From a virus: a stretch of 64,000 nt of DNA. The notes below the pieces were generated by a model. That model saw nothing but the letters and a program-made list of their open reading frames with translations. It was not told the DNA's origin and did no database searches. Shown here one piece after another: positions 9,735 to 19,018 of this stretch. The position numbers and the translations under genes are program-made. The stretch lies in IMG/VR virus record IMGVR_UViG_3300045738_002140, positions 50,177-114,176 of that record; one strand, given 5' to 3'. The number at the start of each line of letters is the position of its first letter. Position 1 is the first letter of the stretch.

Positions 9735-9763
9735 ATCTTATCATCTAGTGGGCAAAAAGTCAA
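9735..9763 (-). promoter_or_regulatory. sigma70 promoter, leaderless
   Basis: TTGACT-17-TAAGAT with TG extension, ATG 7 nt downstream. Confidence 0.75.
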
Positions 9764-9796
9764 ACTTAAAATTTATATTTAAAAAAATAATTATAT

Positions 9797-11017
9797 TTAT
9801 GATTTATCATCGCGCGGCTTCTTATCCTTTTCGGCTGGGACCTGAGAAGGGGCGGCCGCGGCCAGCGAGGTGACCGACAAGCCGACCTCGCGCAGGGATT
9901 TCCGCTCAGAACCATGGCTGCCTGCGCGGGTTCCTCCCCACCAGAATCTTGCTGGAAGGTAGTTTTCCATTTCTTCTACTACAATGCGGGAATAGTCTCG
10001 GGCAAACTGATCAAATGGCATTCCTTCTATGTCGAAGACCCCTTCAATCAGTGACTGAACTAACCCAATCAGAACCTTTTCTTCTTTCCCGTTCCAGAAA
10101 TGACGATGACCAAAGGATGCCCTTATTGAACCCCTTACGGTCCCCATCATCTTGTCGTAATCGCTTTTTTCAGTTATCTTCATATTGCTCCAGTTTGCTA
10201 TGTATTCCTCTTTGGTCATGCGATCGTAGTGATGGATGGCCGTTACGTCTATTAGCTGATTTGGGAGCCAAATATGGTTTGATACCGCTTTAGCAGCTCT
10301 GTAGAAATCGACATCGTGGAGTTTTTTGTCTAGTTTTTTGGCGCAAACATATGTCCAGTAAAGGGTATTCTCTGTTGCTCCATCACTGAGGGCTTTTTTG
10401 ATGAGGTCAAGCCCATACTCTTCGAGTAGATCTTTTACTACCTGAGTGTTGAATTGACAGTGTGCAGCAATCAATGAGCTCGGTGGCGCCGTTAAGTTCA
10501 GGTGCTCAGATGCTGCCCGCCACCAATGATGCGTGGATCCGGCAGCGCCCGGCGGCTTTCCGACTGCGGTTTTGATTCGTCCATTAATAAAAAAATCTTT
10601 TACTTCACATTTGTTTGCGATATATTGGTCACAGTCTATTATTTGCACAAATTCTGTATCGATGTGCTCATGGAGTAATAGTTTTAGGCCTTTTTGGCGC
10701 TGCCAGTGTTTACCTTTGTGAAAAGTGTGTGCCCATTTTTGACTGTCCTTCACAGGCTCGAAGAGGTGTCCGCGCTTTTGCTGCTTCCCATCGCTGCCTT
10801 GTCCATGATGAAGGAATCCGAGGTCAACATCACGGTCTTTTAATATTTTATACTCATGGGAAGTGGGAAGAGATTCAATATCGTTTGGGGTTACTACTAA
10901 TATTTTGATGTCTTTCTTGTCGACCAATCTCTCTATTGTGGGGATTACGCATTTCATTAGTCTAATTTCGTCTGTGGGGCCAGACATGACTGTAACTAGC
11001 GTTAGTCTTTTATTCAT
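9797..11017 (-). CDS. GT-A-like protein (DUF6492-like)
   Basis: WQRQKGLKLL...IIDCD, TENTLY. Confidence 0.55.
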   Translation of the reverse strand: MNKRLTLVTVMSGPTDEIRLMKCVIPTIERLVDKKDIKILVVTPNDIESLPTSHEYKILKDRDVDLGFLHHGQGSDGKQQKRGHLFEPVKDSQKWAHTFHKGKHWQRQKGLKLLLHEHIDTEFVQIIDCDQYIANKCEVKDFFINGRIKTAVGKPPGAAGSTHHWWRAASEHLNLTAPPSSLIAAHCQFNTQVVKDLLEEYGLDLIKKALSDGATENTLYWTYVCAKKLDKKLHDVDFYRAAKAVSNHIWLPNQLIDVTAIHHYDRMTKEEYIANWSNMKITEKSDYDKMMGTVRGSIRASFGHRHFWNGKEEKVLIGLVQSLIEGVFDIEGMPFDQFARDYSRIVVEEMENYLPARFWWGGTRAGSHGSERKSLREVGLSVTSLAAAAPSQVPAEKDKKPRDDKS

Positions 11018-11035
11018 ATTTTATAAAATCTTTAT

Positions 11036-12046
11036 TTAGAAGTCATCTTCTAGGCTCCCTGAACTTTGATAGTCTTTTACTTTTCTTTCGAAAAAGTTGG
11101 TCATGGCCGTGGTGTCAACAACCTCGGACAACCAAGGGAATGGATTCTGGTCACTGTCAAATCGGAAATCAATACCTATGCCTTCAAGTCTCCTGTTACC
11201 GATATACTTCATGTAGTCCACAAACATATCCGCGTTTAAGCCTAGGATTCCTCTCGGCAGAACGTCATGGGCGTATTGAATTTCGAGGTCTACGGCTTTT
11301 TTAATGTGTTCGACCGTTTCTTCTTCGAACTTCTTTGTCCACACCGATGGGTATTGTTTTTTTATTGTGTTAATTAGGTATGTCCCGAACTGTATGTGGA
11401 GGGTCTCGTCCCTTAGGGTATATCTAATCTGGTCTGAAAGTCCCGGTAATTTGTTTTGTCTACCCAGAGCGAGTAGCATGGCAAATCCACTAAAGAAAAA
11501 TGTGCCCTCGCAAACAATGTAATAGGTTATGAGGTTGCGAAGAAACTCCCTTTTGCCTTCTGTTGTTTTTGTGGAAAAATCTTGCCTGTTGACATCTGTC
11601 GTGATCTCTATCAAAAAGTCGTCCTTGGCTTTAATGCTTGGAATATTAAGGTACGCCTCGTAAACCTCCGAGACCTTTAGCCCGTAGCTGTCGCAACAGG
11701 TTACTATCGTCCAGTTATGAAGGGATTCTTCGTATGCTTGCCTGAGTATATATTGACTGCACTCCGCGTCAGTTATCCACCTGTTGACTGTAAGTAATAG
11801 GTTGTTTCCTACTAGGGACTCCGTGCTGGCAAAGAAGCCCAAGCAGCGCCTGACTAGGAGTTTTTCGTCTTTTGTTAGGGCGTCTGATTTCCATTGGTCA
11901 ACATCGTCGCTCATGTTAATCTCGGACGGAGCCCAACTGTTGGCTACGCCCTTTAGGAATAAGTCCCATGCAAATTTATGTTTGTGCGGAAGTATTTGGT
12001 TTACCCCTCCGATTTCTTCCCCTAGTAGTAGCCCTGTTTTGTTCAT
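11036..12046 (-). CDS. nrdB: ribonucleotide reductase beta subunit, class Ic (R2c)-type signature
   Basis: LGFFASTESLV, EESLHNWTI, EGTFFFSGF, YTLRDETLH, NFFERKVKDYQ; TAATG overlap with nrdA sets start 12046. Confidence 0.95.
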   Translation of the reverse strand: MNKTGLLLGEEIGGVNQILPHKHKFAWDLFLKGVANSWAPSEINMSDDVDQWKSDALTKDEKLLVRRCLGFFASTESLVGNNLLLTVNRWITDAECSQYILRQAYEESLHNWTIVTCCDSYGLKVSEVYEAYLNIPSIKAKDDFLIEITTDVNRQDFSTKTTEGKREFLRNLITYYIVCEGTFFFSGFAMLLALGRQNKLPGLSDQIRYTLRDETLHIQFGTYLINTIKKQYPSVWTKKFEEETVEHIKKAVDLEIQYAHDVLPRGILGLNADMFVDYMKYIGNRRLEGIGIDFRFDSDQNPFPWLSEVVDTTAMTNFFERKVKDYQSSGSLEDDF

Positions 12047-14490
12047 TATTGACAACTCTCGCATGAAGGATCTTGTATATTGCAGGCCGCTGGTTCTCCG
12101 TCCTGTGTCGCTTGGGTGAATGATTTTTCGATTTTGCTTGCGGCTTCTGTTCTTAAGTAGTATGTGCTCTTAAGTCCCCTGTTTCTGGCGTGAATATAAA
12201 GGTCGTTCAAGAGTTTAAGAGATGTCTTATTGTTAAACAGGTTTAAGCTTTGGCCCATATCTATCCATTTTTGTCTCGCTGCGGCACCGTCTATCAAAAT
12301 AAATTGATCCTGATCAAACGCTACCCTGTATTGTCTCTTAAGTCCCTCGGGTAGCTCTCCGTTTAGGTCTGCAACATTTCCGTCTACGGCCTTGATCATT
12401 TCTATAAGATTTTTTGACCAAATATTTAGTTTCTTACATTCTTTCACGAACCACTCGTTTGTTATCGTCAGGTTTCCCGATTTGTTTTCGTAGACGAAAA
12501 GGACAGAAAAATCAGGCTCAACAGAAGGAGAGCAACCTTGAATGTAAGATATAGTAGCAGTAGGAGCGACAGCCATAGTGTTACTGTTACGCATACCGTA
12601 AATCCCAATATCATCCCGTAAACTTTTCCAATCCACCTCAGAAACATATTCTTTGCCCTTATGGATGATAGGCTGTTGGTCCAAATAATCCATAAGTTTT
12701 TTATATGTATCTATGGGAAGAGAGCCCTTGCTCCACTTGGAGCCTTCGTAGGTTTGGTATTTTCCTCTTTCCTTTGCTAGTCTGTTTGAATTTAAGATAC
12801 AATGATATGAAATAAATTCATAAAGTTCATCTGAGAATCTAACCGCCTCCTTCGACGAGAAGTCTATTCCATATGAGTGGAAAACGTCTGCCCATCCCAT
12901 CGTGCCTGCTCCGACGGGTCTGTGTTTGTTGTTGGCTTTTTCTGCTTCTTTTGTGGGGTAGAAGTTCAGGTCTATAACGTTATCTAGCATGCGCATTTGG
13001 GTAGCTATGCTTTTAGCTAAAAGCCTGAGGTCTAGCTTTCCGCTCTCTTTAAGGTGGCTCTTGAGGTTTATGGAGCTCAGGTTGCACACCGCTGTCTCTC
13101 CTATTTCGGTCTTTTCCCCGTGCTTATATTTAGAGGCCTTGGTGTGTAAAAAAATTTCTGTACAAAGATTTGAGCTATTTATTATTCCTTCGTGTGAGTT
13201 TGAGTACCTTATATTGGCGTTGTCCTTGAACGTCATCCACGGGTGCCCTGTTTCGTAAAGGGATCTTAACATCTTCTTCCACAAAGATTTAGCTTTTATT
13301 ATCTTATGGTTTTTAATTTCCCCCTCTTCCGCTAGTCTGCAATAATCTTTATATTTTTCATCAAACTTATCGCCGTAGGTGCCGTGAAGATCCTTTACGT
13401 CATTTGGGCTAAAGAGGTACCAGTCTTCGTTTCTTTCTACTTTTTGCAAAAAAAGATTTGGAATCCAATTGGCCGTATTGATATCGTGACAGCGACGACG
13501 CTCTTCTCCAGTGTTCTTCTTTAAGTCTAAGAATTCCTCTATATCTAGGTGCCAAGTTTCAAGGTACGCACATCCTGCGCCGGGGCGTTTGCCGCCTTGG
13601 TTAACCGCGACTAGGAGATCGTTAAATATCTTAAGCCACGGAACAAGACCGCTTGAGGTCCCGTTTGTCCCCTTTATGTAGGACCCTGACGCTCTAAAAT
13701 TAGAGACATCCAATCCTAATCCGCCCGCGAACTTGGATTTCCTAGCTTCTTGCCACGCCCCTTCGAAAATTCCATCTATTGAGTCGTCGAAAGTATTAAG
13801 GTAACAAGAAGAAAGCTGAGAGCGAGCGCCACCGCTATTAAAAAGTGTTGGGGTCGACGGGCAAAGCCTAAATGTAGAGATAGCCTCATAAAATTCAATT
13901 GCTTTCTTTTCTTTGTTTTTTTCATTTAGCGCTAGCCCCATCGCTACCCTCATCCAAAAGGATTGGGGAGACTCTAGTCGCCTGCCGCCCATGCTGTGCA
14001 GGTAGCGATCATATAATATTTGTAAACCAAGGTATTTAAATTTAAAATCTCTTTCGGGGCAAAGGATTTCTGATAATTTTTTTAAGTCAAAATCAAGAAG
14101 CCTTTCGCTTAGAATTCCTTCTTTCACTAGAAGCTTTATGTTTCTTATGAATGATAGTCTGTATTGATGGTCAAAGGCGTCTTTGTCTACGCTGATTCCG
14201 AATACTTCTTTGTGAATATTCCCTAGGAGTAGCCTCGCTGCAACGTAGCTGTAGTTCGGTTCCTGTTCTATCTTCGTCCTTGCGGACATGATAAGGGCCC
14301 TATCTATCTCCTTGGTGGGGATCTTGTCGTAGAGCTGAACGTTCGCGTCGATTACAACTTCGCTAGCAGAAACCCCCTCTAGCCCTTCGCAGGCTCTCTG
14401 CGCGCAGATATTGGCTTTGTTTATGTCGAGGGGCTGCAGTCTGTTGTTTCTTTTCTTTACGTTAAGTATGTTCTTTTTGTGGGGGTCCAT
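12046..14490 (-). CDS. nrdA: ribonucleotide reductase alpha subunit with ATP cone
   Basis: VKKRN ATP-cone, STPTLFN, SSCYL, NQGGKRPG, SSNLCTEI, APTATIS, KSTYYLR, C-terminal CESCQ. Confidence 0.98.
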   Translation of the reverse strand: MDPHKKNILNVKKRNNRLQPLDINKANICAQRACEGLEGVSASEVVIDANVQLYDKIPTKEIDRALIMSARTKIEQEPNYSYVAARLLLGNIHKEVFGISVDKDAFDHQYRLSFIRNIKLLVKEGILSERLLDFDLKKLSEILCPERDFKFKYLGLQILYDRYLHSMGGRRLESPQSFWMRVAMGLALNEKNKEKKAIEFYEAISTFRLCPSTPTLFNSGGARSQLSSCYLNTFDDSIDGIFEGAWQEARKSKFAGGLGLDVSNFRASGSYIKGTNGTSSGLVPWLKIFNDLLVAVNQGGKRPGAGCAYLETWHLDIEEFLDLKKNTGEERRRCHDINTANWIPNLFLQKVERNEDWYLFSPNDVKDLHGTYGDKFDEKYKDYCRLAEEGEIKNHKIIKAKSLWKKMLRSLYETGHPWMTFKDNANIRYSNSHEGIINSSNLCTEIFLHTKASKYKHGEKTEIGETAVCNLSSINLKSHLKESGKLDLRLLAKSIATQMRMLDNVIDLNFYPTKEAEKANNKHRPVGAGTMGWADVFHSYGIDFSSKEAVRFSDELYEFISYHCILNSNRLAKERGKYQTYEGSKWSKGSLPIDTYKKLMDYLDQQPIIHKGKEYVSEVDWKSLRDDIGIYGMRNSNTMAVAPTATISYIQGCSPSVEPDFSVLFVYENKSGNLTITNEWFVKECKKLNIWSKNLIEMIKAVDGNVADLNGELPEGLKRQYRVAFDQDQFILIDGAAARQKWIDMGQSLNLFNNKTSLKLLNDLYIHARNRGLKSTYYLRTEAASKIEKSFTQATQDGEPAACNIQDPSCESCQ

Positions 14491-14609
14491 TCTGGTGATA
14501 GGGCGTAATAGATATTACATGGTTTTGCCTTAAAAAGAAAGAAAAAAAGAGCAACGAGAACTTTTTTGACATCAGGGGTAGGGAAAGTGTACGAGGCTTT
14601 GTTTTCCGG

Positions 14610-14963
14610 CTACACTAGGCCAGAGGAATCGTTAGGGTGTTTTTTCCCTTTTCTTTCTTCGCTATATTTTTTGAAGTTTTCTTTTTGGATTGGGTCGTAG
14701 CCTTCTTTTTGTATTCTCATTTCGCTTGCCTCTTTTGCCCTGTCCCATAGCTCTCCGACTGTCCCTTTCCCGTCTCTTGTTTTCTCTATGAACTTTTTCG
14801 GGGACCATGGGTTCGGCCGCCCCTCTACATTGAAGTTCGTCGGAGTAAAAACTCTGGACCATTCTGTTCCGTCTTTGTCTATATACGCGTGGACGTCGGT
14901 CATCTTTTGGTGAAGCTCTACCATCTCTTCTGTTTCTGGATGTACGTATATATAAAGCGGCAT
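14610..14963 (-). CDS. FmdB-like hypothetical phage protein
   Basis: MPLYIY N-terminus resembles FmdB ribbon proteins but lacks Cys. Confidence 0.5.
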   Translation of the reverse strand: MPLYIYVHPETEEMVELHQKMTDVHAYIDKDGTEWSRVFTPTNFNVEGRPNPWSPKKFIEKTRDGKGTVGELWDRAKEASEMRIQKEGYDPIQKENFKKYSEERKGKKHPNDSSGLV

Positions 14964-14967
14964 GTTC

Positions 14968-16059
14968 TTATTCTAGGGCTTTAAGCTCTTCTGTTATGGA
15001 GTCTAGCATTTTTCCGTAAGTAAATTTTTCTTGTAGCTTCATTCCTTCTTCGTTTATTCTGTTTTTATTTAGCCTTTCCACGACCCTTTCGCAACCTTTG
15101 ATGAAGTCTTCGTCGTCAAAATCATATATGTTTCCTTGGTTAAAGTTCTCGCCTTTTCGAAAAAACATATTATCATAAACTTCTATTTTGTTTTTAGGCT
15201 CAACTAAGACGGAGTTTTCTTTGTTTGCCCACTGTTTATATCCGCTGCAATTTAATACAACCGCGTGTTTGCCCATAGCAACAGAGTGAAACTCTGGTAG
15301 TCCCCACCCTTCCCCGCCAGACATGGCAATAACGACGTCTGCTGAATTTAGGAAGTCGTTATAGACGCTGTTCTTTTCCATGCTCCCAAGAAAATTTACA
15401 TTGAAGTATTCTTTCCCTTCCATTATTTGCTGTACAATTTGGTTGTTGTCTTCTGGCTTAAGGAAGGGGTTCCAGATGGCGCATTGTAAAAAATATTTTG
15501 GATTATTTCCGTATGTTTTTATCCAAGCTCTTATCGCTTTTACGTGGTGTTTTCTTTTTTCAAATTTTCCTGTAAGATTGAAGACTATCCTCTCGTCGGA
15601 GAAGTATTTTTTGTTTAATATCTTAAAGTTAAAGTCGTCAAAGGCTAGAGGGACTGTCCCAACGTTGTCTGCGCCATTCATAGTTAGAATGTCCTTGGTC
15701 TCTTCGTTGCTAACAAGAACTCTGCTGTTGTTCTTTATTATGTTTAGCTCTGTTTCTGTCGGTTGGTCTAGTTCGTAGAATGTAAATAGAACTTGTCTCT
15801 CGCTGAAGGACTCTAAGGATCCATTAATGTGCCAAAGCTTAAAAATGGGTGTTTTTCTGTTGTGTGTGTGTTGTGACTTCTTAACACAGACGTCTATCCA
15901 GTCGGAGAAGTCTTTCTCTGCGGGTTGGCAATTTATATCTACGTTACCTACTGGAAATAGGCAGGGCTCTAGCCCTCTCTTGTGCATTTCCCTAAGCAGG
16001 GACGTCGAAACCTGCCCAAAGCTAACGCTATTTACGGGCAGATGTAAGGAAAGATTCAT
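14968..16059 (-). CDS. GT4 glycosyltransferase
   Basis: GKFEKRK, SGGEGWGLPEFHSVAMGK; start MNLSLH. Confidence 0.88.
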   Translation of the reverse strand: MNLSLHLPVNSVSFGQVSTSLLREMHKRGLEPCLFPVGNVDINCQPAEKDFSDWIDVCVKKSQHTHNRKTPIFKLWHINGSLESFSERQVLFTFYELDQPTETELNIIKNNSRVLVSNEETKDILTMNGADNVGTVPLAFDDFNFKILNKKYFSDERIVFNLTGKFEKRKHHVKAIRAWIKTYGNNPKYFLQCAIWNPFLKPEDNNQIVQQIMEGKEYFNVNFLGSMEKNSVYNDFLNSADVVIAMSGGEGWGLPEFHSVAMGKHAVVLNCSGYKQWANKENSVLVEPKNKIEVYDNMFFRKGENFNQGNIYDFDDEDFIKGCERVVERLNKNRINEEGMKLQEKFTYGKMLDSITEELKALE

Positions 16060-16091
16060 ATATGATATTACTATCAATCATGCAAAAATAC

Positions 16092-16122
16092 AAAAAAATC
16101 AGGGCACGAATGCCCTGATTTT
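16092..16122 (-). terminator. intrinsic terminator, UUCG tetraloop
   Basis: AAAATCAGGGCA-TTCG-TGCCCTGATTTTTTT on minus strand. Confidence 0.88.
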
Positions 16123-16147
16123 CTTTTGTGGACACTCTCGGGTGCCT

Positions 16148-16441
16148 CTATTGCAGGAGATCCGCCGTGTCTTCTGCTTGTTTCTCGGTGCTTTCGGTGC
16201 TTTCGGTGCTTTCGGTTGAGGAACCTTCCGTTGATGTGGATAGCTCTTCGGACCTATAGACCCTAAAGTCTGGGGCCTTGTCGTTTGTCTTATTGGAGTT
16301 CAAAAAGACAACTACCTTTTCCTTTTCGCCCTCTGCGTTGACCATGTGGCCTGCAAGATACTTGCGTCCAGTGCTTTTGCCTTCCCTTTTCCAAAGGGCA
16401 CCGATTTCCCTGTCACTCCATTTATTAGTGCTGTTGTTCAT
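16148..16441 (-). CDS. small DUF736-like, putative ssDNA-binding protein with acidic tail
   Basis: EIGALWK..GRKYL, KAPDFRV, acidic S/T/E tail. Confidence 0.55.
   Translation of the reverse strand: MNNSTNKWSDREIGALWKREGKSTGRKYLAGHMVNAEGEKEKVVVFLNSNKTNDKAPDFRVYRSEELSTSTEGSSTESTESTESTEKQAEDTADLLQ
16185..16216. repeat. 9-bp tandem repeat (TCGGTGCTT x3.5) encoding TES repeats
   Basis: Directly visible, in frame in the acidic tail. Confidence 0.9.
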
Positions 16442-16478
16442 ATATTAATATATAACACATACTCCTAGTGTTGTCAAA

Positions 16479-17078
16479 TTATATTTTGTCTGGCCATTGG
16501 TGTTTGCCCTTCATCTTTTTGTTGAGTACTTTAATTCCCCTTTCGTGGAGGTTTATGGCTGTCTGTGTGCTGGCCTTTATTGTCTTAGCTATCTTTGCCC
16601 ACGGAGCCTTCTTCCCGTTTTTGTCGAAGTACCTTAGTTCAAAAACCTGTTTTATTCTTTTATCTTTTAGTTGATTAAGTATATTAAATACAAACTCTAG
16701 GTCGTCTTTGTAGTTTTTCTGTGGTTGTGGGCCGTGGTTGTTCACTAGGTAATCTAGGTCCTTCTCGTCCACGGCGAGATACCTGTTGTTGTTTATTACA
16801 TTCAGGCAGTGGTACTTTATTTGGTTCCCGAGCCAAGTCGAAAACTTTACGTTCCTTGTCGGGTCAAAGCTCTTTGCGGCTTTATAGACATAGAAGTCTT
16901 TTTCTTTGGATACCTCATGTACGCAATGCCCTGACGCCATTATCGCTGGAGAGTATTTTTTATAAATAGTAAAACACAGCGGGCTGTGTCTGCTTATTAA
17001 TTCGCACAGGCTTTTCTCGCAGTTTTCTGCCTTAACGTTTTCTGCTAGGGCTTTGTCTTGAATTAGGTTTTCATCCAT
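16479..17078 (-). CDS. phage RNA polymerase sigma factor (sigma70 family)
   Basis: Region 2 KAAKSFDPTRNVKFSTWLGNQI; region 4 HTH PWAKIAKTIKASTQTAINLHERG. Confidence 0.88.
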   Translation of the reverse strand: MDENLIQDKALAENVKAENCEKSLCELISRHSPLCFTIYKKYSPAIMASGHCVHEVSKEKDFYVYKAAKSFDPTRNVKFSTWLGNQIKYHCLNVINNNRYLAVDEKDLDYLVNNHGPQPQKNYKDDLEFVFNILNQLKDKRIKQVFELRYFDKNGKKAPWAKIAKTIKASTQTAINLHERGIKVLNKKMKGKHQWPDKI

Positions 17079-17512
17079 TTTTCTATCCTTTGTTTAAAAT
17101 TTTCTATACTCATTTTCTTGTCCTCAAATCTCAGGAGGTCTATGTGCTGCCCCTTCATGTCGAACATCCTCAGGGGGGTTCTGGAATACTTTAGTAATTC
17201 TTTTTTTTCTTCCTCTCTAAAGCACTTTTGTTCTTCTATAACCTCTTCACTGTTTAGGGAGTTTATTATTATTTTTACGCATAAAGTGTGTTCATTTTCT
17301 ATTGTTGTTTTGGCGCAGGAAACTGCGAACAAAAATTTTTGGTTGGGTGATATGTGGTTAATTACTTTAGCATAGTTCTCGTTCATAAAGACAGGAAACC
17401 TAGGCTTCATGACAAAAACGGGAGTCACGAGCCCTTCACCGTTCTTGTCTCCTGTTTTAGAAGCGTAGTTCGATATTATTTCTTTAAGCTTTTTCCAGCC
17501 ATTTTTCTTCAT
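17063..17512 (-). CDS. hypothetical protein
   Basis: Overlapping operon member. Confidence 0.6.
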   Translation of the reverse strand: MKKNGWKKLKEIISNYASKTGDKNGEGLVTPVFVMKPRFPVFMNENYAKVINHISPNQKFLFAVSCAKTTIENEHTLCVKIIINSLNSEEVIEEQKCFREEEKKELLKYSRTPLRMFDMKGQHIDLLRFEDKKMSIENFKQRIEKWMKT

Positions 17513-18146
17513 GTTCTCTTAGCCATTTTAGGAATTTTTTAACTTTTGCGGCGACGCATGCTTCGACCTTTTCCATTGTCCCGTGTATGTACTCCAGCTC
17601 TACTCTGTAGTCTGCGTCTTTTTTGACCAACGGGTCTTGCCGTTTTTCTTCTTCGTTTGCGGGTGCGCGGAAGACTTTGCCTATCTTTGTTTTGGGCCAG
17701 TGCCTTTTGTCTGGGGTCTCTTTTATTTCATATTGGGAAATATGCACCAGCACTCCCCCAAGTTCATTCTTGAGCCAGTAGGCTTCGTCCTTTTCGTGTT
17801 CGTTATATCTTATGTCCGTTATACATATAACTGTTGGTTCGTCAAAGCGGAGCACGTCTAGGGTGTGCTGTAGTCTGTCTATCCAGTGCCTTCCCTTTGA
17901 CATTTTTCTCTTTGTCCTCCCGTGACAAACCAATAAGTCTCTTATGCTTTCCTTTTCTTTTCTTGAGCAGCTTAGGGCGTCTATGCCGTAACTTGGGAAG
18001 GTTATGGAGTTTATCTCCACCTTAAGGGCATCTGCTAGAGCAAACCTTTCTGAATTAATTTTTAATTTTTTTAATTCTTTTTTAAGAACCTTGAAGAATA
18101 AATCTTTTCCTGATCCAGCTACGCCTGATAATCCTATATAAAACAT
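17484..18146 (-). CDS. deoxynucleoside monophosphate kinase
   Basis: GLSGVAGSGKD P-loop, ALADALK, ITDIRY.E. Confidence 0.85.
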   Translation of the reverse strand: MFYIGLSGVAGSGKDLFFKVLKKELKKLKINSERFALADALKVEINSITFPSYGIDALSCSRKEKESIRDLLVCHGRTKRKMSKGRHWIDRLQHTLDVLRFDEPTVICITDIRYNEHEKDEAYWLKNELGGVLVHISQYEIKETPDKRHWPKTKIGKVFRAPANEEEKRQDPLVKKDADYRVELEYIHGTMEKVEACVAAKVKKFLKWLREHEEKWLEKA

Positions 18147-18152
18147 CAATCA

Positions 18153-18181
18153 AAGATATCATAAAGTAACCGAAAAGTCAA
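18153..18181 (-). promoter_or_regulatory. sigma70 promoter, leaderless
   Basis: TTGACT-17-TATCTT, ATG 6 nt downstream. Confidence 0.7.
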
Positions 18182-18600
18182 TCGTTAACTTTGACTATGC
18201 TTTTTAGGTTGATTTGAAGGTCTTTGCAGATTTCTAAGGATGAATAGTCATTTTGGTAAATCTCCCCGAAAACTACATTGGGAATTCCGTATGCGGCGAT
18301 GGTTCTTAGGCACTCATTACACGGCAGGTGTGTGCACGCAAGCACACGGCCTTCCCCGGGTTTTATGTATCTTAGTGCGTTTACTTCTGCATGGACCACT
18401 CTCTTTCTTCTCGCATCCCTGTCTTTCCAGTCGATCTCTATGTTGGGGGGAGCCCCGTTGTAACCCAGTGAGGCTACAGAATTGTCTCCTCGGAGAACGC
18501 ACGCCCCAACCTTAAGGTAGGGGTCTTCGCTTCTTTTCGAAGCCACTTTTGCTAGTTCAAGTGCATAGCTTTCCCAGCTTATTCTTTTTGTTTTATCCAT
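18178..18600 (-). CDS. dCMP deaminase
   Basis: KVGAC, GYNG, HAEVNAL, PCNEC. Confidence 0.95.
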   Translation of the reverse strand: MDKTKRISWESYALELAKVASKRSEDPYLKVGACVLRGDNSVASLGYNGAPPNIEIDWKDRDARRKRVVHAEVNALRYIKPGEGRVLACTHLPCNECLRTIAAYGIPNVVFGEIYQNDYSSLEICKDLQINLKSIVKVND

Positions 18601-18601
18601 T

Positions 18602-18654
18602 AAAAGGGGGGGCAGCGCGGCACTGATATGAAAACGGTTATGCCTCGCCGCCCC
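18602..18654 (-). terminator. GC-rich hairpin with 16-nt loop (terminator or sRNA)
   Basis: GGGGCGGCGAGGCAT/GTGCCGCGCTGCCCC stem then CCCTTTT. Confidence 0.55.
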
Positions 18655-18663
18655 GTTGTTGGT

Positions 18664-18939
18664 TCAACTCTGCAAAAAAGACCCTTGTTGGGTGCTCTGA
18701 GCTTTGGAATACAGAACTCGTGGCCTCCCTGCTTTTGGGGTAGACTTTCCGACCACCCTAAGTGCACCGCTTCTTACTGCTGTATTAATCTTTAGCTGGA
18801 TTGATACATTAGACAAGGGTGTTGATACCGTGGAGGCTAAGTCCTTGACTGTAAAGTGGCCGTCCGGCCACTCTACCTTCACTGCTGGTCTTCCGCGACG
18901 CTTTACGTCTGTATTGACTGATTGATTTTGTGTGTTCAT
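18664..18939 (-). CDS. small basic DNA-binding protein (AT-hook-like + wHTH)
   Basis: KRRGRP, FTVKDL, AGRPRVLY. Confidence 0.6.
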   Translation of the reverse strand: MNTQNQSVNTDVKRRGRPAVKVEWPDGHFTVKDLASTVSTPLSNVSIQLKINTAVRSGALRVVGKSTPKAGRPRVLYSKAQSTQQGSFLQS

Positions 18940-18948
18940 ATTCTCTAT

Positions 18949-19011
18949 AAGATAGAATACTTTTATTAAAAAGTCAAAAAAAATTGATTAATTTTTGTTT
19001 GGGCATATTAT
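18949..19011. promoter_or_regulatory. back-to-back divergent sigma70 promoters at the strand switch
   Basis: Minus: TTGACT-17-TATCTT (18977-18949); plus: TTGATT-16-TATTAT (18984-19011). Confidence 0.7.
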
Positions 19012-19018
19012 GCTATTG

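Noticed and set aside
11036-14490. Introns or inteins in nrdA/nrdB (also checked thyX)
   Set aside because: ORFs are continuous, of normal length, with no intein or homing-endonuclease motifs
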